A stretch of DNA of 64,000 bases from an uncultured Bacillota bacterium (GCA_963804645.1 CAWDRG010000015.1:305822-369821), one strand, 5' to 3'; numbered from the stretch's first letter, positions 27,585-37,265 are shown. Made by a program: numbers and translations. Notes: generated by a model not told the origin, from the sequence alone.

Positions 27585-28538
27585 TTATCCCCGCCCCGCG
27601 TTCTTGCTCTCGTACAGCCGGGCATCCGCCACAGCGATCAGGGTTCCGCAGGTCCCCCCGTCCCGGGGATAGACCGCGAGCCCCCACGATAGCGACAGCC
27701 GGTGCACCGCGGCGACGCGCCCCGCCGTGACGGTGATCTCGCGCAGGGGCTCGAGGATCCGCGCCGCGCCGCGCTCGTCGGTCTGCGGGAGCAGGACGAT
27801 AAACTCGTCGCCGCCGAACCGCCCCACGATGTCGTGCGGCCGGATGCCCCGCTGCAGCGCCGCGGCGGTCTGGACCAGCACGGCGTCGCCGTGGACGTGG
27901 CCGAGGCGGTCGTTGAGGTGCTTGAAGCGGTCGACATCGACCAGCGCAAGCACGCAGGCGCGGTGCGTCTCCTGATGGCGGACGATGGCGCGGTCGCACG
28001 CTTCCAGCACCGCGCGGCGGTCCAGCACGCCGGTGAGCGCGTCGGTTACCGCCTGGACGAGCACCTGCTCGTGCAGGCGCGCCGCCGCGAACGCGCCGCC
28101 GAGATACTGCGCGACGACGCTGAGGACGTGCAGGTCGACCTGCGTGAAGGCGTTGACTTCGCGGCGATGCGCGCTCAACACACCGATCGGGCGGCCGTCC
28201 ACGACCAGCGGCGCGAAGATCCCGGAGCCCACATCGTCGTAGTGCACGAACTGACGGCGCTCATGGCGCATGTCGGGGACGTGCAGCGGCGCATTCTGTT
28301 CGATGACCAGCCAGTTGAGACCGCGCCCCCGCGGAATCCGCAGCCCCCTGGCGTCGCGCCGCAGCCCCGCCGTGCCGACGAGGACCAGCGCATCCGGATC
28401 CTGCTCGTCGATCAGGCCGATCGTGCACGACTCGAACCCCACCTCATGCTCAAGGCCGTTGACGACACGCTCGATGAGGTCCGTCATCTTGAGGACCGCG
28501 GTAAACTCGTTCGCGAGGTGTGCCAGAAACGCCAGCAC
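27585..28538 (-). CDS. GAF domain-containing diguanylate cyclase (GGDEF)
   Basis: DALTGVLDRR, RFGGDEFIVLL and ADARLYESK define the GGDEF domain, preceded by a GAF-like segment. The start is uncertain. I chose the GTG at 28538 because the Arg-rich upstream extension of the 449-aa ORF is not protein-like. Confidence 0.8.
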   Translation of the reverse strand: MLAFLAHLANEFTAVLKMTDLIERVVNGLEHEVGFESCTIGLIDEQDPDALVLVGTAGLRRDARGLRIPRGRGLNWLVIEQNAPLHVPDMRHERRQFVHYDDVGSGIFAPLVVDGRPIGVLSAHRREVNAFTQVDLHVLSVVAQYLGGAFAAARLHEQVLVQAVTDALTGVLDRRAVLEACDRAIVRHQETHRACVLALVDVDRFKHLNDRLGHVHGDAVLVQTAAALQRGIRPHDIVGRFGGDEFIVLLPQTDERGAARILEPLREITVTAGRVAAVHRLSLSWGLAVYPRDGGTCGTLIAVADARLYESKNAGRG

Positions 28539-29029
28539 CTTCTTGGGCTCAGGGCGGCGCTGCCTGGCCGGGACGCCTCGCGCCGGCTCGGCACGCGGCG
28601 GGCGGGGCGTCCGGCTCACCCGCACCGCTGCGCCTCGCGTGCGCGCGCCGCGTCTCGATCGACGCCGCGCGGAGCGGCGGGGGCGCGCATCAGCGCCCGA
28701 TCGGGGGAAATACCACCGTGGCCATGTCGTTCTGCTACGTAGTTGGCGGTCATTCGGATCGCTCCGTGCCGGCGCGGTCCAGATCAGGATCGCCCGGCTG
28801 CGAGGGGCGCGTGAGCCGCGGCGCGGACGTGGCACTGACCCTGAACTGCCGGCGCGCCAGACAAGAATGTGTCCGGAGTTCTTCGCCCCGCGGGGCGAGT
28901 CTCCTGGGGCGCGGACCACAGGACCCGGCCGCACGCGCCGCGAAGATGGGAGAGCGGAGGCGGCCGGGAGTACGTCGGCCGCTTGTGTGTTCTCGCATCG
29001 GGCAGCCCGCGCGGCCGGGGAGGTGTGAT

Positions 29030-29866
29030 GTGGACGGCGAGCAGGTCGACCCGCTCGAACAGTTGGCGCAGACCGCCCGCATCGTGTGTTTCGCGGGACT
29101 CCCGGGGACCGGGAAGAGCTTCTTTGGACGCAAGCTCGCGGAGTTGGGGAGCGCCCGGGGCCGAAATATTCACCGGCTGCAGTGGGATGTGGTGCGTCCG
29201 GTGTTCGAAGCGAGCCCGTCGGGGCGCCGCTATCCGATGCAGGCCGGGGTGACGCACCCGATGATCCGCAAGGCCGCCGGGGTGTGGGTGCGCCAGGCCG
29301 TCCTGGCGTGGCACGAGCTGCACCCCGCGGAGATGAACCTGCTCATCGGGGAGACGCCGCTCGTCGGCAACCGCTTTGTCGAGTTGATCCGGCGCCACAA
29401 CGATCGGAGCGAGGCGCTGCTCGCCAGCGAGGTCTGCGTGTTTGCGGTGCCGGTGCCGTCGGCGGCCGTGCGCCGCGAGCTGGAGCAGGCGCGGGCGAAG
29501 CGCTCGGCCGCGGACGGCCATGACCGCGGGGGCGCGGTGCCGGCCGTGCTCGAGGCCGCGTGGGACGAGCTCGTCGAGGTCTCGCGAAAGCTCGGGATTC
29601 CGGGTACCGGGGCCGGCTCCCTGCCGTACGACCCGGTTCTCTACGAGCGGGTGTACCGGCGGATTCTGGCGAACCGGCGCCGGCACGTGTTCCACGTCGA
29701 TCAGCTCGAGCTGGTGTCCGTGGCGGCCGGCGGCCCGCCCAAGTTCACGATGCACCCGGTCGTGCCGACCCCGGATGAAGCCGAGCTTACGATCCGGGAA
29801 ACGGAGGCCCGATACCGGCGCCCCGCGGCACTCGAGCGTGAGATGGAGAACTGGTACGTCGTCTAG
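29030..29866 (+). CDS. P-loop NTPase/kinase-like protein of unknown function
   Basis: The GTG at 29030 lies 6 nt after GGGGAGG. Walker A is FAGLPGTGKS. The rest has no family motif I recognise. Confidence 0.55.
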   Translation: MDGEQVDPLEQLAQTARIVCFAGLPGTGKSFFGRKLAELGSARGRNIHRLQWDVVRPVFEASPSGRRYPMQAGVTHPMIRKAAGVWVRQAVLAWHELHPAEMNLLIGETPLVGNRFVELIRRHNDRSEALLASEVCVFAVPVPSAAVRRELEQARAKRSAADGHDRGGAVPAVLEAAWDELVEVSRKLGIPGTGAGSLPYDPVLYERVYRRILANRRRHVFHVDQLELVSVAAGGPPKFTMHPVVPTPDEAELTIRETEARYRRPAALEREMENWYVV

Positions 29867-31077
29867 GCGGAGGGCGTCGCGGTCCGGTTGGAGCCCGCCG
29901 CCGCCGGCTCTTCGCTGAGGGCCGCGTTGAGGCGGGCGAACCCCGCGTCGAGGTCCGCGATGAGATCCTCGAGCGCTTCCAGTCCGATGTGGAGGCGGAT
30001 CAGTGTCCCCGGCTCGCTGCGCGGCCGCACGACGCGCGTCGGGGTGGCCGGGAGAATCAGGCTTTCGAAGCCCCCGAAGCTGGCGCCGATCTTGAACAGC
30101 TGGAGGCCGTCCATCAGCGCGGCGACGGCCCGCGGCGAGCCGGTCGCCAGCTGGACACCGAACAGGCTCGAGGACCCCAGGAAGTCGCGCTGCCACAGCG
30201 CGTGCCCGGGGTCGTCGGGCAGGGCGGGGTGGAGAACGCGCGACACCTCGGGACGGCGCGCGAGCCACTGCGCCACCTCGAGCGCTGCGCGCTCGTGGTG
30301 GCGCATCCGCACGGCGAGCGTGCGCAGGCCGCGGAGTACGGTGTAGCAGAGGTCGGGCGCGACGCAGTCCCCGAACTCGGACACGCCGTCCTTGACGATC
30401 CGGAACAGCTCCTCGTTGCGCGCCGCGATCACGCCCATCATCAAGTCCGAATGCCCGCCGAGGTACTTGGTCGCCGCCTGGACCTCGACATCCACCCCGT
30501 GCTCGAACGCGCGAAAGTTGAGCGGCGTCGCCCACGTGTTGTCGAACACGACGACCGCGCCCCGTTCATGCGCCGCCTGCGCGATCGCCGGAACGTCCTG
30601 CACCTCGAACGTCTGCGACCCCGGGGATTCCGCGAACACGATCTTTGTGGTTGGCCGCATCAGCTCGCCGATGGCGGCGCCGGCATGGGGATCGTAGAAC
30701 GTCGTCTCGACGCCAAAGCGCGCGAGCGTGTCGGTGCAGAACGCGCGCGTCGGCGCGTACACCGTGTCGGCGACGAGCAGATGATCCCCCTGGCGCAGGA
30801 ACGGTACCAGCGCGAGCGTGATCGCCGAGTACCCCGACGAGGTGACCACCGCCCGGTGCGCGCCCGACAGCTCCGCGAGCGCGTCCGTCAGGTCGAGGGT
30901 CGTCGGGGTGCCCTGAATGCCATACGAGAATCCCGTGTACTTGCGCTCGCCTCGGCGCTGGAACTCCTCCATTGTCGGGAAGAGCACCGTGGAGGCCCGA
31001 TACACCGGCGGATTGACGATGCCGAAGTGCTTCTCCGGATCTCGCCCCGCGTGGATCAGCCGAGTCTCACGCTTCAT
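29863..31077 (-). CDS. metC: Cystathionine beta-lyase / Cys-Met-metabolism PLP enzyme
   Basis: TRLIHAGRDP, NPPVYRASTVLF and the PLP-Lys context ATKYLGGHSDLMMG. Confidence 0.85.
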   Translation of the reverse strand: MKRETRLIHAGRDPEKHFGIVNPPVYRASTVLFPTMEEFQRRGERKYTGFSYGIQGTPTTLDLTDALAELSGAHRAVVTSSGYSAITLALVPFLRQGDHLLVADTVYAPTRAFCTDTLARFGVETTFYDPHAGAAIGELMRPTTKIVFAESPGSQTFEVQDVPAIAQAAHERGAVVVFDNTWATPLNFRAFEHGVDVEVQAATKYLGGHSDLMMGVIAARNEELFRIVKDGVSEFGDCVAPDLCYTVLRGLRTLAVRMRHHERAALEVAQWLARRPEVSRVLHPALPDDPGHALWQRDFLGSSSLFGVQLATGSPRAVAALMDGLQLFKIGASFGGFESLILPATPTRVVRPRSEPGTLIRLHIGLEALEDLIADLDAGFARLNAALSEEPAAAGSNRTATPSA

Positions 31078-31144
31078 CGCGCGCCCCCGTTCCGACGATC
31101 TCGACTGTGACCTCGGTCGCGACCGCGACCGTGCGATAGAGCGG

Positions 31145-31498
31145 TCAGCGTTCCTGCCAGACTCCCACGAGCCGCTCGGCTTCGCGCTGTCCCACCCCGT
31201 GGATCTGGAAGCGCACGGCGATGGTGCGGAAGCGCGCGGGCTCGGCTTGGGCCCGGGTCCCCGAGATCTCGACCTCCATGCCGGAGACTGGGACGTTCGC
31301 GCCCTGGGCGTACTTCTCGATCAGGGTCACGCCGCAGGACGAGATGCCCGCGAGGAACGCTTCGCTGTTGGTCAGCCCGTCGCCAGGGCCGGAAGAGGAG
31401 TCCAGCACGAACTGGTGCATTCGGGCGCGATTGAGCGCGCGCCCGGGATCGCCGATCGAACGGGTGTGGACGGTGTCGATCTTCACCGCATCGCTCAT
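31145..31498 (-). CDS. OsmC-family peroxiredoxin-like protein
   Basis: The start was moved to MSDAVKID, with GGGAGG 7 nt upstream. OsmC pattern with the conserved Cys context FLAGISSCGV. Confidence 0.8.
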   Translation of the reverse strand: MSDAVKIDTVHTRSIGDPGRALNRARMHQFVLDSSSGPGDGLTNSEAFLAGISSCGVTLIEKYAQGANVPVSGMEVEISGTRAQAEPARFRTIAVRFQIHGVGQREAERLVGVWQER

Positions 31499-31661
31499 GG
31501 AGAGACCTCCCGTCGGCCAGAGCAGGGCTGTCTTCGCGGATCGCACGCGCCTTCTCCTTCCGCATCAGCGGCCACTCGGGCGCGCGTAAGAGGCCTGGGG
31601 CCGGACGGGGCGAAGATACGGGCGGACGGGAGCGCCCGTCGGATTAGAACGCGACCGGGGG

Positions 31662-32792
31662 GTGGGCATGGTGACCGGCCAGCCAGCGGCGGCGGACACG
31701 CGGACGAAGTTGCGCGACGTGCTGATCGTGGACGCGGACGTCCATATCGACGATCATCCGGCCGCGCTCGCGCCGTACTGCGACATGCCGTGGCGTCGGT
31801 CGCTTGAGCTCCAGGGCACCCTGCCGCAGCGCTACCTCAGCGCCGCCGGCTACTCACCGCAGCTCGGGCTCGACCCGCCATTTCCCGGCGGGCTCAACGC
31901 GCGGCACACGTCGACCGCGGCGCAGATGCGGGAGGAGCTCGACGCGCTCTCCATCGACGTCGGGATCGTCTTTCCCGACCACCTGCTGCTGATGGCCCAG
32001 CTGCCGCGGGCCGATTACGCGGCGGCGCTGGCCCGCGCCTACAACCGCTGGCTGCTCGAGCGCTGGCTCACCGTGGAGCCGTCGCTGTACGGCGCGCTCG
32101 TCGCGGCGCCCCAGGATCCCGAGGACGCCGCGCGCGAGATCGAGCGGTACGCGTCCCATCCCAACGTCGTGGCGGTGTACCTGCCGACCTCCGCCGTCTA
32201 CCCGCTGTGGGGCCACCGGAAGTACGATCCGATCTACGCCGCCGCGGAAGCCGCCGGGCTGCCCGTGATGCTGCACAGCGTCTCCGCGGTGTTTCCGGCG
32301 TTCCCGTTCAACCTCGAGCAGTTCGACACCGCCCTCGCGCGCCACACGATCTCGCACACGTTCGCGATGATGGCGAACATGATCAGCATGGTGACGACCG
32401 GGGTGCCCGTGCGGTTTCCACGGCTGAAGATCGCGTTTACCGAGGCGGGCATTTCCTGGGTGCCGTTCATGATGTGGCGGCTCGACAAGGAATACAACGA
32501 GATGCGGCGCGAGGTGCCCTTCCTGGAAGACCGCCCGAGCCGGTACGTGCGGCAGATGTACTTTGCGACGCAGCCCGTCGAGGAGCCCGAGAACCCCCGG
32601 CACCTCACGGCGACGATCGACGTCATCGGGGACGACCACGTCCTGTTCGCCTCCGACTGGCCGCACCACGATTTCGACCACCCGCGCCAAGTGTTCGACC
32701 TCCCGCTGCCGCTCGAGACGAAGCGCCGGATCATGGGGGAAAACGCCCTGCGGCTGTTCAACATCCCGGCCCCGACTCGGGCCAAGACGTAA
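31662..32792 (+). CDS. Amidohydrolase_2-family protein (ACMSD/LigW/gamma-resorcylate decarboxylase-type TIM barrel)
   Basis: VDADVHIDDHP N-terminal metal motif, MLHSV, and FASDWPHHDFDHP C-terminal motif. Confidence 0.8.
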   Translation: MGMVTGQPAAADTRTKLRDVLIVDADVHIDDHPAALAPYCDMPWRRSLELQGTLPQRYLSAAGYSPQLGLDPPFPGGLNARHTSTAAQMREELDALSIDVGIVFPDHLLLMAQLPRADYAAALARAYNRWLLERWLTVEPSLYGALVAAPQDPEDAAREIERYASHPNVVAVYLPTSAVYPLWGHRKYDPIYAAAEAAGLPVMLHSVSAVFPAFPFNLEQFDTALARHTISHTFAMMANMISMVTTGVPVRFPRLKIAFTEAGISWVPFMMWRLDKEYNEMRREVPFLEDRPSRYVRQMYFATQPVEEPENPRHLTATIDVIGDDHVLFASDWPHHDFDHPRQVFDLPLPLETKRRIMGENALRLFNIPAPTRAKT

Positions 32793-33148
32793 TGGCCGAC
32801 GTCGCCGTCGCGCGCGTCGGCGAGCTGCCTCCCGGTGCGAGCCGGGTCGTGCGCAGCGGCCGGATCGAGGTGGGCGTGTTCAACGTCGGGGGACGGTACT
32901 ATGCGCTGCCGAACGTGTGCGCGCATCAGTTCGGGCCGCTGTGCGAGGGTCCCGTCACGGGGACGCTGATCTGCACCGCGGAGACGCGCTGGAAGCTGGC
33001 GTGGGTGCGCGAGGGGAGCATTGTGGTGTGCCCGTGGCACTCCCTGGAGTACGACATCACGACGGGACGCTGCTTGGCGTATCCGGGGATCAAGCTCCGG
33101 CAGTACCCGGTCCGCGTCGAGGGAGAGCAGATCATCGTGTCGGTGTAG
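32792..33148 (+). CDS. Rieske [2Fe-2S] ferredoxin-type small protein
   Basis: The cluster ligands are CAHQFGPL ... CPWHSLEY. The ATG overlaps the upstream stop (TAATG at 32790-32794). Confidence 0.8.
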   Translation: MADVAVARVGELPPGASRVVRSGRIEVGVFNVGGRYYALPNVCAHQFGPLCEGPVTGTLICTAETRWKLAWVREGSIVVCPWHSLEYDITTGRCLAYPGIKLRQYPVRVEGEQIIVSV

Positions 33149-33157
33149 GGCCCGGAC

Positions 33158-33361
33158 GTGGTGTATCTCGTTCGTTGTGCGGAGTGCGACCAGGCATTCT
33201 GGCTTCCAGCCACGAACGCGCCGGTGCCGCTGCACCCCGGGTGGGACCGCCGGACCACTCCGTCGCCGGCCGGCGCCGCGTGCGGGGGAGGCGGCGTCGC
33301 CGGCCACTGGGTCATCGAGAGCGCGGATCCCGCGCCCACGATCTCGCGCGGCGGCCGGTAG
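33158..33361 (+). CDS. Possible small Cys-containing protein (67 aa)
   Basis: GTG start 10 nt after the Rieske stop, high third-position GC, and a CAEC motif. No family is recognised. It could be non-coding. Confidence 0.3.
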   Translation: MVYLVRCAECDQAFWLPATNAPVPLHPGWDRRTTPSPAGAACGGGGVAGHWVIESADPAPTISRGGR

Positions 33362-33457
33362 CGCCCGAGATGGCAGGAGTCCACGGCCACAGCCGGAACC
33401 GGCCGGTACCCGGCCACGCGTGCGGGCGCCGACCTGCCGGATGACACGACCCGGGAG

Positions 33458-33796
33458 ATGCCGATGCCGCTGGTCACCGCGTTCAATTTGAGAACAGACG
33501 ATCGACTGTCGGACATCGAAGCGGCCGTGAGAGAGGCCTTGGTCAGCATGCCCGAACTCCACATCAACGAGTGGGAGATTGATCTCGTCCCTGTCTACAA
33601 GCCGGAACGCTTCCACGGCACGGTCACCAGAATCAATATCGATCTCTGGGAGAGACACGAGCGCACAAAAGCGGCGCTGCAGGAACTGGCCACACGAGTG
33701 GCCCGCGCGTTTCAGCGCGTGGCCGGCAGCGAGAGAAACGTCAAGGTGGTCATCCGCCCCTACGACGTGGAGCGGAGCGGGTGGGTATCGTTCTGA
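33458..33796 (+). CDS. Small tautomerase-superfamily-like protein (DUF1904-like), tentative
   Basis: It has an N-terminal Met-Pro (MPMPLVTAF), is about 110 aa long, and the pattern INIDLWERHERTK...NVKVVIRPYD...GWVSF recalls the DUF1904/4-OT fold. Assignment is by eye only. Confidence 0.45.
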   Translation: MPMPLVTAFNLRTDDRLSDIEAAVREALVSMPELHINEWEIDLVPVYKPERFHGTVTRINIDLWERHERTKAALQELATRVARAFQRVAGSERNVKVVIRPYDVERSGWVSF

Positions 33797-33855
33797 GCGT
33801 CTCGTAACTCAGTGCCCGGTGTCTGGCGGCGCGGACGCCGCCGGCCCGAGCGCCG

Positions 33856-34452
33856 TCACCGTTCCGCCGGTCCGCCCGCGTCGTCGTCGGGCCGCGGCGC
33901 CCCGGCCCATCGCCGGAACAGCGCGTGGTCGACGCCAAGCTGGTCCAGGATCTTGCCGACCGTGTGGTCGACGAGATCGTCGATGGTCTTGGGGGCGTGA
34001 TAAAACGCGGGCACCGGCGGCAGGATCACGGCGCCGATCTCGGCCGCGCGGACCAGGTTGCGCAGATGTCCGAGATGGAGCGGCGTCTCGCGCGGCACGA
34101 GCACGAGCTTCCGCCCTTCCTTCAACGTCACATCGGCGGCGCGCGTCAGGAGATCGCCCGAGAACGAGTGGGCGATCGCCGCGAGGGTCTTCATGGAGCA
34201 CGGCGCGACGACCATCCCATCGGTGCGAAACGACCCGCTGGAAATCGGCGCCGCCATGTCCTGGACGTCATGGACGGTGTGTGCGAGCGCCCGTACTGCG
34301 TCCACCGTCCGTCCCGTCTCCAGTCCGATCGTCCGCTGCGCCCCCGCCGAGATCACGAGATGCGTCTCGACCCCCGCGGCCGCGAGCGCCTCGAGGGTGC
34401 GCACCCCGTAGATGGGGCCCGACGAGCCGGAGATCCCGATGACGATCCGCAT
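33856..34452 (-). CDS. ubiX: Flavin prenyltransferase UbiX
   Basis: The start was moved to MRIVIGISGSSGPIYGVR (ATG at 34452). Pattern VVAPCSMKTLAAIAHSFSGDLLTRAADVTLKEGRKLVLVPRETPL. Confidence 0.9.
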   Translation of the reverse strand: MRIVIGISGSSGPIYGVRTLEALAAAGVETHLVISAGAQRTIGLETGRTVDAVRALAHTVHDVQDMAAPISSGSFRTDGMVVAPCSMKTLAAIAHSFSGDLLTRAADVTLKEGRKLVLVPRETPLHLGHLRNLVRAAEIGAVILPPVPAFYHAPKTIDDLVDHTVGKILDQLGVDHALFRRWAGAPRPDDDAGGPAER

Positions 34453-34838
34453 GTGCGGCCCCTTGCGGCCCGTGCCGTTCACCGTTCCGTTCGTGCCGGC
34501 GGGACCCGCAGGCGCGTGGAGCTGGAATCCGGTCGGCACACCGTGCCGGTCGGGTTCCGTTCGCGGCGCCCGTTTCCTGCCGTCGCGCGGGAGTCGACGG
34601 CGGCCCCGTGGTCGGGTCGCCTCACAGGACCCCGCCGGCGCGAGCGTCGAAGGGAACTCGGAGCGTCGGACCGGCGCCGTCGCGCATCGGGTCCCGACGC
34701 GCTGCGCGTGGGGGTCGGGACGGAGGAACGCATGGCCGAGTGGGTACTCGCAGGTCTGGTGGTCGGCGCCGCGCGAACCGGCGCCGGCGCCGGAGCGGAC
34801 GGCTGAGCGGCGCCGCGCGGCCGCTGGCCGCGCCGGAT

Positions 34839-36227
34839 GTGCAGCAGCGCGTCGCGCTAATCGTGGCGACGTGTTCCTCATTTCTGAGTCCGTACATGGG
34901 GACCTCGGTCAACGTGGCGCTGCCCGCGATCGGCACCCAGTTCCATCTCGATGCGTTCACGCTCAGCTGGGTCACGACCGCGTACCTGCTCGCGTCGGTT
35001 GTGTGCATGGTGCCGCTCGGCCGCGTCGCGGATCTGTACGGACGCAAGCGCGTCTTCTTGATCAGCCTGTGGGTCTACGCGGTCGCGTCGCTGCTGTGCG
35101 CGTTCGCGCCGTCCGCGTTCCTGCTTATTCTGTCGCGGATCGCCCAGGGGATCGGCGGGGCGATGATCTTCGTGACGAGCACCGCGATCGTCGTCTCGGT
35201 CTACCCGCAGGCCGAGCGGGGCCGCGTGCTCGGGCTCGTGATCACGTCCGTGTACTGCGGGATGTCGCTCGGCCCGGTGCTCGGCGGGCTGCTCGCGGAG
35301 CATTTTGGCTGGCGCTCGATCTTCCTCACGACCGTCCCCGTCGCGGCGGCGACGATTGCGCTCGTATGGTGGCGCCTTCGCGGGGAGTGGGTCGCCGACG
35401 AGCGCGAGCCGTTCGACCTGTTGGGGGCCGCGCTGTACGGGAGTATGTATATCGCGTTGATCTTCGGACTGACGCTGCTGCCCGCTCCGCTCGGCGCGGT
35501 GTGGCTGCTCGCCGGCGCCGGAGGCGTGGCGCTGTTCGTCTGGCGCGAGAGCGCCGCGGCGCATCCGCTCCTCGACGTCCGCCTGTTTCGCAGCAACCGG
35601 GTGTTCGCGCTGTCGAACCTCGCTGCGCTGATCAATTACAGCGCGACGTACGCGGTGGCGTTTCTGCTCAGCCTGTATCTCCAGATCGTGCGGGGCATGT
35701 CGCCGGATCACGCGGGGCTGATCATCCTCGCGCAGCCCGCGATGCAGGCGCTCTCGTCGCCGTTTGCCGGGCGCCTGGCGGATCGGGTCGACGCGCGCGG
35801 CCCGGCCTCGATCGGCATGGCGATGACCGCGGCGGGTCTGCTGCTGCTCGGGACGATCCACGACGCGACGAGCACGGTGTTCATCGTCGGGTGTCTCCTC
35901 GTGGTCGGATTGGGGTTTGGGCTGTTTTCGTCGCCCAACACGCACGCGGTGATGAGCGCGGTGGAGCCGCGGATTTACGGCGTCGCGTCCAGCACGGTGA
36001 GCGCGATGCGTGTGACGGGGCAGATGCTCAGCATGGGGATCGTGACGCTGATCCTCAACGTGTTCATCGGCGGCGCCGCGATCACCCCGGCGCTGCGCGA
36101 TCCGTTCGTGCAGGCGACCCGCACCGCGTTTCTTGTCTTCGGGCTCCTGTGCGCGGCCGGGATCCTCGCGTCGCTCGCGCGGGGCGGGGCGCAGCCGCAC
36201 GGCGCCCCGGAGCGCGGCATCGCTTGA
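34839..36227 (+). CDS. MFS transporter, DHA2 (EmrB/QacA)-like
   Basis: I chose the GTG at 34839, just before the first TM segment. Polytopic, with motif-A-like LGRVADLYGRKRVF and about 14 hydrophobic segments. Confidence 0.8.
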   Translation: MQQRVALIVATCSSFLSPYMGTSVNVALPAIGTQFHLDAFTLSWVTTAYLLASVVCMVPLGRVADLYGRKRVFLISLWVYAVASLLCAFAPSAFLLILSRIAQGIGGAMIFVTSTAIVVSVYPQAERGRVLGLVITSVYCGMSLGPVLGGLLAEHFGWRSIFLTTVPVAAATIALVWWRLRGEWVADEREPFDLLGAALYGSMYIALIFGLTLLPAPLGAVWLLAGAGGVALFVWRESAAAHPLLDVRLFRSNRVFALSNLAALINYSATYAVAFLLSLYLQIVRGMSPDHAGLIILAQPAMQALSSPFAGRLADRVDARGPASIGMAMTAAGLLLLGTIHDATSTVFIVGCLLVVGLGFGLFSSPNTHAVMSAVEPRIYGVASSTVSAMRVTGQMLSMGIVTLILNVFIGGAAITPALRDPFVQATRTAFLVFGLLCAAGILASLARGGAQPHGAPERGIA

Positions 36228-36296
36228 CGGCGCTCCGAGCCGATGGGACCATACCGATGCGGCGGCGACCGCGATGCCCCTGATGGGAGGCTACGG

Positions 36297-37001
36297 ATGG
36301 TGGGCGATCGGCGGACGTTCTTGCGGGCGCTCGCGGGCGCGTGTCTGGTGGCGCTCGGCGCCGGACCCGGATGGGCGGCCGCGCCGGGGGTGCTGACGGT
36401 CATGCTGGGAGGGCTGCTGCCCAGCGGGGTGATGCGGGGCCTCTACGCCAGCTGCGTTCCGTCGGCGGACGGCCACGTCGCGCCCGGGCCGGATCGGAAT
36501 CCCGAGGTGCGGTGGTCGGCGGGACCGTCCGGCACTCAGTCGTATGCGATCATTACCTCTGATCCCGACGCGCCGTCGAGGGTTCCCGGCGCGAACACCG
36601 AGGGCCAGACGATCCCGGCCGATCTGCCCCGCGGCGTCTTCTACCACTGGGTGTTGGTGGATGTGCCGGCGAGCGCCACGGAGATCGCGGAGGGCGCTGA
36701 CTCGAACGGGCCGGCCCCCAAGCCGCCGGGACCGACCCCGCACGGCCTGCGCGGGGTCAACGGGATGGGTCCAGGTCCGCATGGAGGCTACGACGGTCCG
36801 TGCCCGCCGTGGAACGACGAGCGCGTGCACCACTACCACTTCGCCGTGTACGCGCTCGACGTCGCGCATCTCGCGGTCACAGGGAACTTCACCGGGCCGG
36901 AGGTCATCGCCGCGATGCAGGGACATATCCTGGCTCAGGGCGAGGCTGTGGGACTCTACTCGACCAATCCCACGGTGCTCAGCCGCCTCGGGGTCCACTG
37001 A
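36297..37001 (+). CDS. YbhB/YbcL-family (PEBP/Raf-kinase-inhibitor-like) protein with Tat signal
   Basis: GGGAGG lies 6 nt upstream of ATG 36297. Signal DRRTFLRALAGA. PEBP motifs DPDAP, YHWVLVD, GYDGPCPP, HHYHFAVYALD. Confidence 0.8.
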   Translation: MVGDRRTFLRALAGACLVALGAGPGWAAAPGVLTVMLGGLLPSGVMRGLYASCVPSADGHVAPGPDRNPEVRWSAGPSGTQSYAIITSDPDAPSRVPGANTEGQTIPADLPRGVFYHWVLVDVPASATEIAEGADSNGPAPKPPGPTPHGLRGVNGMGPGPHGGYDGPCPPWNDERVHHYHFAVYALDVAHLAVTGNFTGPEVIAAMQGHILAQGEAVGLYSTNPTVLSRLGVH

Positions 37002-37074
37002 GCCGCCGCCGCGCCGTGCGTTGAGCGTTCCTCGTGCGCCCGCGCGATCTGCGAAGGAAGGATACATGTCCGAA

Positions 37075-37128
37075 CGAATTGTATATTGTATGCAAGATCG
37101 CGACCCGTGCGCGGGGCGCGGTCGCGAT
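37075..37128. promoter_or_regulatory. AT-rich patch plus 9-bp inverted repeat upstream of the 16-gene array (candidate promoter/operator, or terminator of the upstream gene)
   Basis: gaattgtatattgtatgcaag is locally AT-rich and contains a ttgtat direct repeat. It is followed by ATCGCGACC-n14-GGTCGCGAT (37097-37128), 138 nt before the ATG at 37266. Confidence 0.3.
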
Positions 37129-37265
37129 TATCCGACGGTCCTTCCGTTGGGGACGACGTGAGGACGGGGTGCCGAGGCGTTCCGGCGCTCCGCGGGCCGC
37201 GCGAGCCGTAGGACGGGCACTGCCGTCGATGTGGTGATCGACGGGTTAGATAGAGGGGGCTCCGG

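Noticed and set aside
28539-29029. N-terminal extensions of the GGDEF ORF (to 28934) and of the P-loop ORF (from 28520).
   Set aside because: Both extensions are Arg/Pro/Gly-rich low-complexity translations that overlap each other on opposite strands. A good RBS+GTG at 29030 and a domain-sized GAF-GGDEF from 28538 explain the data better. This remains uncertain.
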